Counted from the first letter of the stretch, positions 7,922 to 16,506 are shown. The stretch is DNA of 64,000 nt from Bacteroidales bacterium (GCA_045606865.1 JAZUST010000145.1:9359-73358), one strand, 5' to 3'. Translations and numbers: made by a program. The notes: a model not told the origin generated them from the sequence alone.

Positions 7922-10420
7922 ATGACAATTATACAAGATGATTTAATGAAAAAGATTATAGAAGATTATAATGCTGGTTTAAGTCCAAACAAATTGAGCG
8001 AAAAATATAATGATTTTTCACCATATCAAATCCGAGAAAATTTGAAGAAGCGCGGTGTTTTTCGGACGCTTTATTTTACAGACGATGAGTTAAAAAGCAT
8101 CAAAGAAGATTTCGAATCTGGTCTTACACTAAAACAGTTGGTGCAAAAATATCATAGACCGGAAGAAACCATAAGAAAAAAATTACAATCCTTTGGTTTG
8201 TATGATGCAAGAGTTCAGTTGCCCTACAGTAATGAAGAAGTAGCTATTTTAGAAAAATACTACCCACTTGGCGATTGGGATAACCTTTTTAAATTTTTGC
8301 CTAATAGAGACAGGACTTCAATCTCAACAAAAGCATCTAAATTAGGGATATCACAAACAGATTGGAATTGGGACGAATGCCGAGTGAAAGAAGTGTTAAA
8401 TAAAAAGGGTTATACATTGCTAACGAAATTTGAGAATATCAAAAACAAGCATAAACTAATTGACTCTAATGGGTATCTGTATTGCTGTACATTAATGGGA
8501 CTTATTTATGATAAGAGTTTGCCTTTAATATTTTCACAAGATAATATTTATACGATTGATAATATTAAAACTTATATAAAACTAAACAATATTAATTGTG
8601 AATTGGTTTCTAACACTTATACAAATAATACATCGGATTTAAGTTGGAAGTGTCGTTGTGGAAAAATTTTTCTTTGCCCGTGGGCAAGGTTTCAAGCAGG
8701 GAAACATCAATGCAACGAATGCTCAGAGATAGAGTCGTTTGATAAGATTTCTTTCTCAATTGATGATGTGGAAAAAATGATAGAGGGTAAACCTTATAAA
8801 ATGATAAGAGATACTTTTACGAGGCTATCAAATGGTTTTACTGCAATAACAAATGACGGATATTATGTGTTGGTTGATAAAAATAATATATACAAAAACA
8901 CAATGCCAGAGATATTTCACACCAACAACCCTTACACAATAGACAATATAAAACATTATATTGAGATCAATGGTATTCGTACAAAATTAATATCTACTAC
9001 TTATGATAATAACAGCAAAAAACTAAAATGGGAGTGTGGCTGTTGTGGTAAAGTATTTGATAGAGGATGGAACTCATTTTTAAATGGTGCAACAGAGTGT
9101 TTAAATTGCTCTTCTACTAAGCGTGGTATAAATAGTAGAATTTCAGCTTTTGAAATTAAAGAATTTATTGAAAGCAACGGTTATTATTTGGGTGAAAATA
9201 TTGAGGATATTGCAATATCCAATAAGAAGTTTTCTATTTATGATGATGAAGGATATTTTTATGAAACAACATGGAGTCATATGAAAAGCCATAAAACTCC
9301 AGAAAAATTTCATCCTAACAACAAACATACTATTAACAATATTAATCATTATATGGACTTACATAGAAATGGCGAATATCAATGCATTAGCAAAATATAT
9401 AAAGCGAATGATGGGATTATGAAATTCAAACACACTCCTTGCGGCTGTGAGTTCAAAGCAACATGGACAGAAATGCAAGGAAAGTTGATGTTGAATAAAA
9501 AAGATAGATATTTTAAACAATGTCCTAATTGTAATACTAATAAAACTGAATCTATACATGCATCAACATTAAAGCAAGTATTTTTACACGAGCATCCTGA
9601 TACTATTACCGAAGATAAAAGCTGTATAAATCCTAAAACCAACAGACCTCTTCCGACCGACATTGTTAATCATAGATTGAGAATTGCCATTGAGATTCAA
9701 AGTGACTATCATGACACAGAAGAAAGAAAGTTGGTTGACACATTTAAAAAGGAATTTTGGCTTGACAAAGGATACGCTTTTTATGACCCAGATATAAGGG
9801 ATTATTCTATTTTAGAAATGGTTCAAATATTTTTCCCAAATATATCAAGCATACCAAAGTATGTAGATTTCAAATTCTCGGACTGTATAGATTTTAGGAA
9901 AGTACAAAAACTGTTAAACGGCGGGCGTACGATATCAGAAATTTCAAAAATACTAAACATAAAAAAGGGTACTATACAAGGGTTTATCAATAATAAAAAG
10001 GTTATTTTACCGAAAGATTATAAAAGGAAGGTTTTTAATATCAAACCAATAGTACGACTTTCTAAAAGTGGAGAATTTATGGAAAGGTTTGAGTCTTTAT
10101 ATGAGATTAACAACAAAGGGTTTGCTTCGGGAACTGTTGGACGAGTTTTAAGGGGAAAGCAGTCGTTTTCATATGATAGTTTTTGGGTTTATGAAGAAGA
10201 TTATCTATGTGAAAATTATAAAATACCTGAAATAGAGTTTGATAAATTCACACTGCCCGTAGATAAATATGATATGAACAATGTTTTCATTTGTAGTTAC
10301 ACATCGATATATGAAGCAGAGTTAGATTCTAAATCAAATAGAAATGAGATATATCGTGTGGCAACAGGAAATAGAAAATCATGCAAAGATGAAAAGTGGA
10401 AATTGCATAAAGTAGCCTAA
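7922..10420 (+). CDS. intron-encoded homing-endonuclease-like protein: HTH repeats, three zinc-ribbon modules, PD-(D/E)XK (EDxHD/Vsr-like) nuclease core, NUMOD-like C-terminal repeats
   Basis: 832 aa. There are three ~110-aa repeats, each ending in C.CG...W..F..G...C..C. The putative nuclease core is ...PLPTDIVNHRLRIAIEIQSDYHD.... The C-terminus has two ...F.S.YE......G....VLRG... type modules typical of HEG DNA-binding domains. Confidence 0.8.
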   Translation: MTIIQDDLMKKIIEDYNAGLSPNKLSEKYNDFSPYQIRENLKKRGVFRTLYFTDDELKSIKEDFESGLTLKQLVQKYHRPEETIRKKLQSFGLYDARVQLPYSNEEVAILEKYYPLGDWDNLFKFLPNRDRTSISTKASKLGISQTDWNWDECRVKEVLNKKGYTLLTKFENIKNKHKLIDSNGYLYCCTLMGLIYDKSLPLIFSQDNIYTIDNIKTYIKLNNINCELVSNTYTNNTSDLSWKCRCGKIFLCPWARFQAGKHQCNECSEIESFDKISFSIDDVEKMIEGKPYKMIRDTFTRLSNGFTAITNDGYYVLVDKNNIYKNTMPEIFHTNNPYTIDNIKHYIEINGIRTKLISTTYDNNSKKLKWECGCCGKVFDRGWNSFLNGATECLNCSSTKRGINSRISAFEIKEFIESNGYYLGENIEDIAISNKKFSIYDDEGYFYETTWSHMKSHKTPEKFHPNNKHTINNINHYMDLHRNGEYQCISKIYKANDGIMKFKHTPCGCEFKATWTEMQGKLMLNKKDRYFKQCPNCNTNKTESIHASTLKQVFLHEHPDTITEDKSCINPKTNRPLPTDIVNHRLRIAIEIQSDYHDTEERKLVDTFKKEFWLDKGYAFYDPDIRDYSILEMVQIFFPNISSIPKYVDFKFSDCIDFRKVQKLLNGGRTISEISKILNIKKGTIQGFINNKKVILPKDYKRKVFNIKPIVRLSKSGEFMERFESLYEINNKGFASGTVGRVLRGKQSFSYDSFWVYEEDYLCENYKIPEIEFDKFTLPVDKYDMNNVFICSYTSIYEAELDSKSNRNEIYRVATGNRKSCKDEKWKLHKVA

Positions 10421-10483
10421 TCAACTACTGATATACATAATCAACAACTGGTTGAATTTTGCGAATTCAATTGAATATATTTG

Positions 10484-10677
10484 AAAGTTACAATGTTTGA
10501 AAGTGCTGTTGAAGACTTGTCAAACAGTGCAATAGATTCAGAATTTATAAAGGGTATAATAGAACTTGGAACAACAGGCGTTAAAGGTCTTGATGCTTTT
10601 ATTGAAAAGTTTGGAATGTTAACAACACTCCTTGGTGCTGGTGGCATAATTGCTGGCATCAAAAACGTTGGTGGACT
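10484..10677 (+). CDS. tail tape-measure protein, coding segment 2 of 3 (both boundaries approximate)
   Basis: Frame open only from 10475, with no SD or start of its own. ...FESAVEDLSNSAIDSEFIKGIIELGTTGVKGLDAFIEKFGMLTTLLGAGGIIAGIKNVGG... continues the TMP pattern. Confidence 0.7.
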
Positions 10678-11250
10678 CAAATTCAGGGAGTCTTTGTTTT
10701 GAATTGCCTGACCTATCATTGTATAGAATAATCGGTCTATACAACAAATGGGAATACTCTAGCGTTTTAAAATAAATAGAGATGGGTTATATGGTCTACT
10801 CAGTAGACATCTCCGACAACTGGAGGTCTGGGACGTGACATAGAATTATAAGGCTACAATAGAAAATTGGAAACGATAAACTATGAATGCAGGTATGAAA
10901 AGTACATAAAAACATATAATTCGGTTTCTGGGCGTAAAGTCAAAGAACTATATGCGACTCATAATTATAATATCGTAAAGTCACTATCAGCAGATAAATC
11001 ACCTAAGTCATTTGATATGGTGAAATCTCAACGACTACCATCCATCTTATAGCAACACGATAGATTGCTATAGGAACGTATAGTCTGTACTGGCACCGAA
11101 TATGAGGCGGTGTAAAGTTGTAGTGCTATCTTATCAGCATATTTGTGGAACTCTCATTGCCGGAGTTGATAAGAAGGCAATAGAACATGAATTTCATTGG
11201 CAGAATTTAGACATAAAAATAAACACTCAACGATGAGTGTTTCGTGGCAT
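10678..11250 (+). ncRNA. group I ribozyme core of intron 2
   Basis: R/S elements 50 nt apart and P9-like hairpins (ATTGCC...GGCAAT about 11155-11185; AAACACTCA/TGAGTGTTT about 11220-11243). Only a spurious 61-codon ORF is present. Confidence 0.6.
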
Positions 11251-11320
11251 AATATAAACATTTGTGCGCATTATGAATACAAAGTTAAGCAAAATGTATT
11301 GTTTTAGTAGCCTTTTGGTA

Positions 11321-11349
11321 TTGACAAGTGTAAAGCAATTTGGTATAAT
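11321..11349 (+). promoter_or_regulatory. consensus sigma-A-type promoter
   Basis: TTGACA (11321-11326), a 17-nt spacer, then TGgTATAAT (-10 at 11344-11349 with an extended -10 TG). Confidence 0.75.
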
Positions 11350-11355
11350 ACATAT

Positions 11356-11473
11356 AGAAAAAGACAAAAGAGACGGAGATATCGGTCAAATATCTCAATG
11401 GTTTCCCTTTTTGTTTATATGGTTACATAAAATGTAGAAACCACTTCAACGGAGGAAATTGAGGTGGTTTTTA
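11356..11473 (+). ncRNA. candidate ~115-nt sRNA (antitoxin-like), runs from the promoter to the shared terminator
   Basis: Bounded by the consensus promoter and the hairpin+T5 terminator. No SD-led ORF. Its 5' part AAAGACAAAAGAGAC (11361-11375) can pair with the peptide mRNA leader. Confidence 0.5.
11436..11473. terminator. bidirectional intrinsic terminator shared by the convergent sRNA and peptide transcripts
   Basis: 9-bp stem CCACTTCAA/TTGAGGTGG (one G-U pair) with A-rich 5' and T5 3' flanks, so a U-tract is present on both strands. Confidence 0.7.
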
Positions 11474-11480
11474 TATGTTT

Positions 11481-11549
11481 TTATCTCGGTTTTGCAATAA
11501 GGAGCAATACCAGAGTTACAATTAATACGTAGTAGAAATCGTAATTCAT
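11481..11549 (-). CDS. 22-aa hydrophobic peptide MNYDFYYVLIVTLVLLLIAKPR (type I toxin-like)
   Basis: GAAAGGAGG SD 5 nt upstream of the ATG. TAA stop. Single TM-like core with a basic C-terminus. About 110-nt leader in which CCTTTC can sequester the SD. Confidence 0.55.
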   Translation of the reverse strand: MNYDFYYVLIVTLVLLLIAKPR

Positions 11550-11669
11550 ATCGACCTCCTTTCTGCCACCTACGGGGAGATGGACTTGCGAAAGGAAAAC
11601 CACCCTAACCATTCTTACAAAGACCAAAAGAAACTCAGAACAATTAAGCGTCTCTAATGTCCAATGAGC

Positions 11670-11698
11670 ATTATACCATTATTGTCGAATATTGTCAA
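11670..11698 (-). promoter_or_regulatory. consensus sigma-A-type promoter for the peptide mRNA
   Basis: On the minus strand: TTGACA (11698-11693), a 17-nt spacer, then TGgTATAAT (-10 at 11675-11670). Confidence 0.75.
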
Positions 11699-11702
11699 TA
11701 TA

Positions 11703-11730
11703 AAGACACCTTCGGGTGTCTTATTTTTAT
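11703..11730. terminator. intrinsic terminator (strong on +, usable on -)
   Basis: AAGACACC-TTCG-GGTGTCTT followed by ATTTTTAT on the + strand. The minus-strand flank is TTATATT. Confidence 0.75.
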
Positions 11731-11746
11731 GCCCGTTAATAAAACG

Positions 11747-11773
11747 ATAGCACCCTACTTGGGTGCTATTTTG
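11747..11773. terminator. intrinsic terminator (ends the minus-strand cassette; also followed by T-rich sequence on +)
   Basis: ATAGCACCC-TACTT-GGGTGCTAT. The minus-strand flank is CGTTTTATT and the plus-strand flank is TTTG. Confidence 0.7.
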
Positions 11774-11816
11774 ATAAGAATTATGTATAGGAATTTTAAC
11801 GAGAGGATTTGATTTG

Positions 11817-11957
11817 ATGAAGCATCACTATATCAGAAAAATTAAACTTACAGATGATATAACGCTCGTGATATATGGATATACTCGTTTTGGCAAAGAC
11901 CATAATGAGTCTTGTCATTTAAAGTTCAAAAACGGCGAAATATATCCTATTGTTTAG
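11817..11957 (+). CDS. possible 46-aa ORF (MKHHYIRKIKLTDDITLVIYGY...)
   Basis: ATG 9 nt after GAGAGGA. TAG stop. Overlaps the 3' end of the convergent gene by 11 nt. No family recognised. Confidence 0.3.
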   Translation: MKHHYIRKIKLTDDITLVIYGYTRFGKDHNESCHLKFKNGEIYPIV

Positions 11958-12360
11958 GTGTCATTTGTATCCAGTCTAAAATTAATGATAACAACGCTAT
12001 CCCCAATGCAAAAAGAGAAATGACGAGAGCCGCCCACTTGTGAAAACCTTCTTTGCGTTCTTTGGCTCTTTTCTCTTTTTGGTGCTGAATATAATAATAG
12101 GCATCAAGGGTTATAAGATACTTGCCCGTATATTCATATTCGGCAGGTTCAATAAAATTGCCATCTTTATCCTTGATTGCATCTCTAACTTTAAATTGAT
12201 GTAGTTTGACAAACTCTATTGTACGAAGAATGTCTGCTACTTGTTTGTTTTTGATGTTAAAAGGTATATCCATCTTGGCACGTTTAATTGCTTTATATTG
12301 TTCAGGTGGCAAATATATATCTTCTGGGTGTATTTGGTCTGGTGTTTTAAGTACGCTCAT
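11947..12360 (-). CDS. C-terminally membrane-anchored protein, unknown function (intron cargo)
   Basis: ATG after AGGAGAGGATAC. 137 aa. Single C-terminal TM helix (WAALVISLFALGIALLSLILDWI). TAG stop. Confidence 0.75.
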   Translation of the reverse strand: MSVLKTPDQIHPEDIYLPPEQYKAIKRAKMDIPFNIKNKQVADILRTIEFVKLHQFKVRDAIKDKDGNFIEPAEYEYTGKYLITLDAYYYIQHQKEKRAKERKEGFHKWAALVISLFALGIALLSLILDWIQMTPKQ

Positions 12361-12395
12361 ATGTATCCTCTCCTATTGAGTTTGTGGGTTGGTTA

Positions 12396-12713
12396 TTAAA
12401 AATCACTCTTACAACTATTACAATGCCATTGTTTTGTGGTTTTACCCAATGCAAAGATACCCCATAATGCTACACTACCTGCTTTTGATAAGCCTGAGAT
12501 TTTCTTGCAATCGGTTGACTTGCAGTATGGACAGGTTATTGTTGGGGTTGAGGGTTGGGGTTTTGAATTTGATGGCACATGTGCATCTGGAGGGTATTCT
12601 ATTTTTTCTGAATTTTCTATCGTTTTAAGTTTATAATTACACTTTACACAATATTGGTCGTAATCTCTATACACTTTATTACAAACAGGACACTGTTTCA
12701 TAGTATTACACAT
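12396..12713 (-). CDS. double zinc-ribbon protein, unknown function (intron cargo)
   Basis: N-terminal CPVC...CVKC ribbon, Pro/Ser linker, then C-terminal CPYC...(GSVALWGIFALG)...CNSC module. Start is ATG 12713 or 12701. Confidence 0.75.
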   Translation of the reverse strand: MCNTMKQCPVCNKVYRDYDQYCVKCNYKLKTIENSEKIEYPPDAHVPSNSKPQPSTPTITCPYCKSTDCKKISGLSKAGSVALWGIFALGKTTKQWHCNSCKSDF

Positions 12714-12733
12714 CCTTATTTATTTTTTTTATT

Positions 12734-12762
12734 ATTATAACATATTATAGACGAATTTTCAA
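12734..12762 (-). promoter_or_regulatory. sigma-A-type promoter of the opposite-strand cassette
   Basis: On the minus strand: TTGAAA (12762-12757), a 17-nt spacer, then TATAAT (12739-12734). Lies about 20-35 nt upstream of the 12396..12713 start. Confidence 0.65.
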
Positions 12763-12877
12763 TATAATTACAATTTTTGGTATCCTTTTTATTATAGTTT
12801 TTGCTGTCCACAAGCATTTAATATCATTATAGTACGAAAATCAAAGCAATTTTTAAAATAGATAACATTAAGGATGG

Positions 12878-15800
12878 TCTTCAAGTCACATCATGGCAAG
12901 CATTAAGAGGTGGTATTGTAGCCACCACAAAAGCTATGGGGGCATGGCTTATTTCTAATCCAATGGGTTGGATTATCCTTTTGGGCGGAACAATCGCTGC
13001 CACCGTTGGATTAGTTGACTTATTTACAACTTCAGTAGAGGAGCATAGAGAAAAACTTGAAAGCCTGAAGTCCGAATATTCTGATATAAAATCCGAGTTG
13101 GATGGTTTAAAAGGTGAGTTAGACGGCACTCAAAGTAGAATAAATGAACTTGAAAACAAAGGGAAACTCACATTTACCGAAGCCGAAGAGTTAAACAATT
13201 TAAGAAAACAAAATAACGAATTACAACGTAGTATTGACTTATTAGAACTTCAGAAAAAAACAAAAAGTAAAGAGACCAATAATCAGTTTATTGAGACGAT
13301 GAACTCAGATATTGAACAAGAACTTTATACTAGAAATGAGAATGGTGAAGTCGTTCAATATATGCCTATGAGCGGTCAAACGGCTACCGATGATAACGAA
13401 GCAGATTATATAACTCAACGCTTTAAAGATTTAGAAAAGTTGAGGGACAAATTATCTTCTGCGTCTACAGAAGCTGAAAAAGAACGTATAAAAAGGCAGA
13501 TTAAAGGCATAGAAGATTATTTTGTTCAAAAAAACAAAGATTTTACCGAAACTGCTAAAGGCATAGACTATATTCAAAATCCTACCACAGAGGATGATAA
13601 AAAAGTCAATAAATGGCTCGACTATATCAACGACTTCCAAGATAAAATGGCTGTTGCTATGGATGGTGAAAATGCTAAAGAAAATGCTTTTAATCGACTT
13701 GTGGATAACTGGAAATTCGATGAAGCATTAAATCCATTACAAAAGCTCGGCAAAGAGGGTAAAGTTACTTTAGATGAACTCAAAAAGAGAATGGACGACC
13801 CTGTTTTTGTTAAGTTTGTCAACAAATTAAAAGATATAGGTTTTATTTCTGATACGACAGATGGTAGTTTAAGATTCCTTGCAAATGCTTTTAATGGAAC
13901 TACTCAGGCAGCCAGAAGTTATGTAAATCAATTATCAGACTTATCTTCTATTAAAAAGTTTATTAGTAATATTGATGAGGAAGCAAAAGCTCTTGGAACA
14001 ACCAAAGAAGCTTTGGGTGACCTTGTACAAGAACATATTTTGTTTAACAATACCGGATTAGATACAAGTGGTCAAATTTCTGCCTTACAGTTGTTGGGTT
14101 CTACTATAGATGGACTTTCTGGAAAAACAACGCGTCTAATTTCTCTTTTAAAGTATGCTGCTGGAGATTTCTCTGGAAGCAAGCTATCGGCTGGCACTGT
14201 TTACGATGCGGATGGAAACGCAATACATAGAACCGAAGATGAGATAAGAAATATTAATGCAAGACGACAAGGAAGTGCTCAGGCTGAATTAGATAAAATG
14301 AAAAAGGATTGGGAAAAGATTCAGGGTTTATTTAAAGAGGATGGTAATGAGAATCCCCCACCTTATACATCCGGCGATGACAAAGACTCCTCTTCCTCCA
14401 AAAATTCTGCTCTCGATAACTATCTCAAAGATGCTGAAAATCGTTACAAAATTCATCAAGACGAAACCGAGTACATCAACGACCTTAACTATGCACTAAA
14501 CAACCTAGTTAAAACAGAAGATGAGCGTCTTGATGTAACGGGCAAAATAAACGAGGCATATCGTGACCTTGCTGATAATCGCATTAAAGACCTTGAACAT
14601 CAAATTGATTTAACCAAGGAACTTAAAGGCGAAAATGCTGATGTAACATCTCAATACAAAGAAATTCAGAAAGTTGCAATTGAAGAAGCCGAAAGACTTC
14701 GTGCCATGGGCTATGACAATAATTCAAATGAAATACAGGCTCTTCAAAAGACTTGGTGGGATGCCGAAAATAGTAAACTTGACTTTTACTCTAAGCAACA
14801 TGAAATAATTCTTCGTGATATAGAGCACGCTCGTGACATGGTGCTTAATGCCGATGAAGATGCGAATGTAACTTCGTATTATAAACAACTCCAAGACGAA
14901 TATCATAGAGAAGCTGAAAGACTTCGTGCATTAGACCCTGAAAAATACAAAGAAGACATTCAGGAACTACAGCAGTTATGGTGGGATGTTCAGAACGAGA
15001 TGCTTGATTATAACAAGCAGGTTGTAGAAGACTTCCTTGATGAACTCCAAACCAAACTTGATGACTCTTACGACATTCGTATTAGTCGTCTAAATTCACA
15101 GTCCTCCCTCCTCTCAAGTCACTTCAACATAGTTAACGCAATTGCAGAGGAACAGCACAATCTTAACAAAGAGCTACTTGAGGCTGAAACAATTGGTGCT
15201 AAAATGAGTGAGCAAGAAAGAGAATCTTTACTTACTCGTGCCGAGCATAACAAACTTTCAGGAAAACTCAGTAATATAATGCTCGATATAACCGACTTAC
15301 AAAGCGATTATATGCGTGACCTTGAAAAAGCAACCGAGGACACGATTGAAGAAGTTACAAATCAGTATGAGCGTCAGTATGAACTGAAGATGAAAGAGTA
15401 TGAGATTATTAAGGCTGAACTAAACTTAATTAAAAAGCAACAAATACTTGAAAATACTCAAAATGAAAAATCGGTTAGAACTTGGAATGGCTCTAGTTGG
15501 ATATATGAAGCAAACCTTCAAGATGTATTAGATGCTCAGGAAGAAGTAGAAAATGCTAAGTATGAACTTGCAAGAGCGCAAGCTGAAGAGGCTCAACAAG
15601 TAGCTTTAAACGCTATAGACGCTAATGCTGATGCTTTAGAAACAGAAAAGAATAAACTAACATCTGTTATAGAAGATATGGCAGAGAGAATGGATGGTTC
15701 TGGTAAAGATATTACATCTATGTTAAAAACTATTGCCGAAACAGATTTACCTACATTTGATGCAATAATTCAAAGTATGGGTGAAAGCATTAAGGAAGCA

Positions 15801-16388
15801 TTAAATTTATCTGATGACGATATTAATGCTTTTCGCACTAGCAGTAACTTTACAATTAACCCCCTTGCAGAAATGAAGAAAAATTCTAGTGCATGGCATA
15901 CAGCAACAACACAAGAAGAGAGAGATTCTTTAGTAAGTGCAAATAAAGTTTATGCTAGAATGCTTGGTCTTGAGTATGAAGAATCTACAGGCAGATGGAA
16001 AAAGAAAGATGGCACTTATGCTTATGCATCTGGAACTAAAAATGCTAAAAAAGGCGTTGGCTTATTTGATGAAAAAGGCTTTGGTTCTGAAGTCGTTCTT
16101 ACAAATGATGGTATACTTACACAGTTTAATGGTGGCGAGAGAGTATTTTCACCTGAAATGGCTGATAGGTTATGGGAAATGGCACAGAAAAATAATATTT
16201 TAACCCCGTCAATAAGACAGCCTGACTTAAGCAATGTAACTACAATTGAAGAGAGAATTAACAATGCGATAAATAACGCTATAACCAATAATGCTTTCGG
16301 TGATACATACATGATTAAAGATGTACAAGTAAATGATTCTAACAACGCAGTCAGAGGATTTATGAACTACTTGAAAAAGATAGTTTAG
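12878..16388 (+). CDS. tail tape-measure protein, coding segment 3 of 3 (5' boundary approximate)
   Basis: Frame open from 12831. The first ATG (12936) has no SD. A TM-like segment (WLISNPMGWIILLGGTIAATVGLV) is followed by more than 1100 aa of coiled coil with internal repeats. TAG stop. Confidence 0.85.
14634..15020 (+). repeat. in-frame tandem repeat (75-codon period, about 1.7 copies) inside the TMP
   Basis: GAAAGACTTCGTGC is identical at 14691-14704 and 14916-14929 (225-nt offset). Protein repeat is ...NVTS.YK..Q....EAERLRA...........IQ.LQ..WWD..N..LD.... Confidence 0.8.
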
Positions 16389-16459
16389 TATTTATAACCT
16401 AAATGAATCAGAAGGAGGAATATTAAAAGGATTTATAAACTACTTGAAAAAGAAAGTTT
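16355..16459 (+). repeat. direct repeat of the last ~32 nt of the TMP gene
   Basis: AGGATTTATGAACTACTTGAAAAAGATAGTTT (16355-16386) versus AGGATTTATAAACTACTTGAAAAAGAAAGTTT (16428-16459), 30/32 identical. The second copy lies just before the terminator. Confidence 0.85.
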
Positions 16460-16467
16460 GATAATTT

Positions 16468-16497
16468 GGAGGGGTACGTCCCCTCCTCCTTTTATTT
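16468..16497 (+). terminator. intrinsic terminator
   Basis: GGAGGGG / CCCCTCC stem with a TACGT loop, followed by TCCTTTTATTT. Confidence 0.75.
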
Positions 16498-16506
16498 AGA
16501 GACAAT

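Larger units (their letters stand above)
7272..10483 (+). mobile_element. group I intron 1 (about 3.2 kb) carrying a homing-endonuclease-like ORF in its 3' extension
   Basis: Interrupts the TMP frame. Contains R-type GGTTCAACGACTAGAT (7454-7469) and S-type AAGAAATAGTCTAAAC (7610-7625) elements, giving P7 GACTA/TAGTC. Boundaries are inferred from where TMP-like coding stops and resumes. Confidence 0.7.
10678..12877 (+). mobile_element. group I intron 2 (about 2.2 kb) with cargo on the opposite strand
   Basis: R-type ATCTCAACGACTACCA (11025-11040), a P8-like hairpin TATAGCAA/TTGCTATA, and S-type AACGTATAGTCTGTAC (11075-11090). The TMP frame reopens at 12831, with the likely 3' splice site near 12878. 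Confidence 0.6.

Noticed and set aside
10867-11052. A 61-codon + strand ORF inside intron 2, considered as a possible small homing endonuclease.
   Set aside because: It starts at TTG without an SD, runs straight through the R element and ribozyme helices, and has no nuclease motif.
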